A stretch of DNA of 63,831 nucleotides, counting the filler, from Octopus bimaculoides (taxonomy: Eukaryota), in NCBI RefSeq assembly GCF_001194135.2. It is 6 parts of 4 records of this genome, joined end to end, with 100 filler letters (N's around TTAATTAATTAA, not from the genome) between each part and the next. Parts side by side here need not be neighbours in the genome. Positions count along the whole stretch, not along the records: positions 60,599 to 63,831 come from NC_068994.1; 5 more parts are not named here. One strand, written 5' to 3'. The notes below the pieces were generated by a model, which saw only the letters and a program-made list of their open reading frames with translations, was not told the DNA's origin and ran no database searches. Of this stretch, positions 63,795 through 63,831 are shown one piece after another. Numbering within the stretch: position 1 is the stretch's first letter; each line of letters starts with the position of its first letter. Position numbers and translations under genes: made by a program.

Positions 63795-63831
<37 letters not shown>

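Overview
Repeat-dense, gap-rich animal genomic scaffold. The SINE families and the extreme microsatellite load point to a coleoid cephalopod, most likely Octopus (inference). Only one host exon can be identified securely: a 104-bp minus-strand exon (13926-14029) encoding zinc finger 2 of the nuclear receptor NR2E3/PNR (Hr51/fax-1 orthologue). Most of the window is therefore probably very long intron of that gene or flanking DNA. The remainder consists of at least three tRNA-derived SINE families (dozens of copies), relics of R4/Dong-type non-LTR retrotransposons, Penelope-like elements, mariner and Tigger transposases, MITEs with clear TIRs/TSDs, and microsatellites. Almost all ORFs in the supplied track are microsatellite or N-gap artefacts. 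Points worth follow-up: five hammerhead-ribozyme-like motifs in short Penelope-type repeats; several long or pre-miRNA-like hairpins, one 77 nt from the NR2E3 splice acceptor; a ~12-kb CpG-decayed block bounded by unknown-size assembly joins and holding an orphan plus-strand candidate exon; an unidentified decayed coding region at 14.7-17.6 kb; Dong-like fragments starting exactly at (TAA)n; and two promoter-like motif clusters. Everything was read by eye with no searches run, and repeat boundaries are approximate unless a TSD or TIR is quoted.
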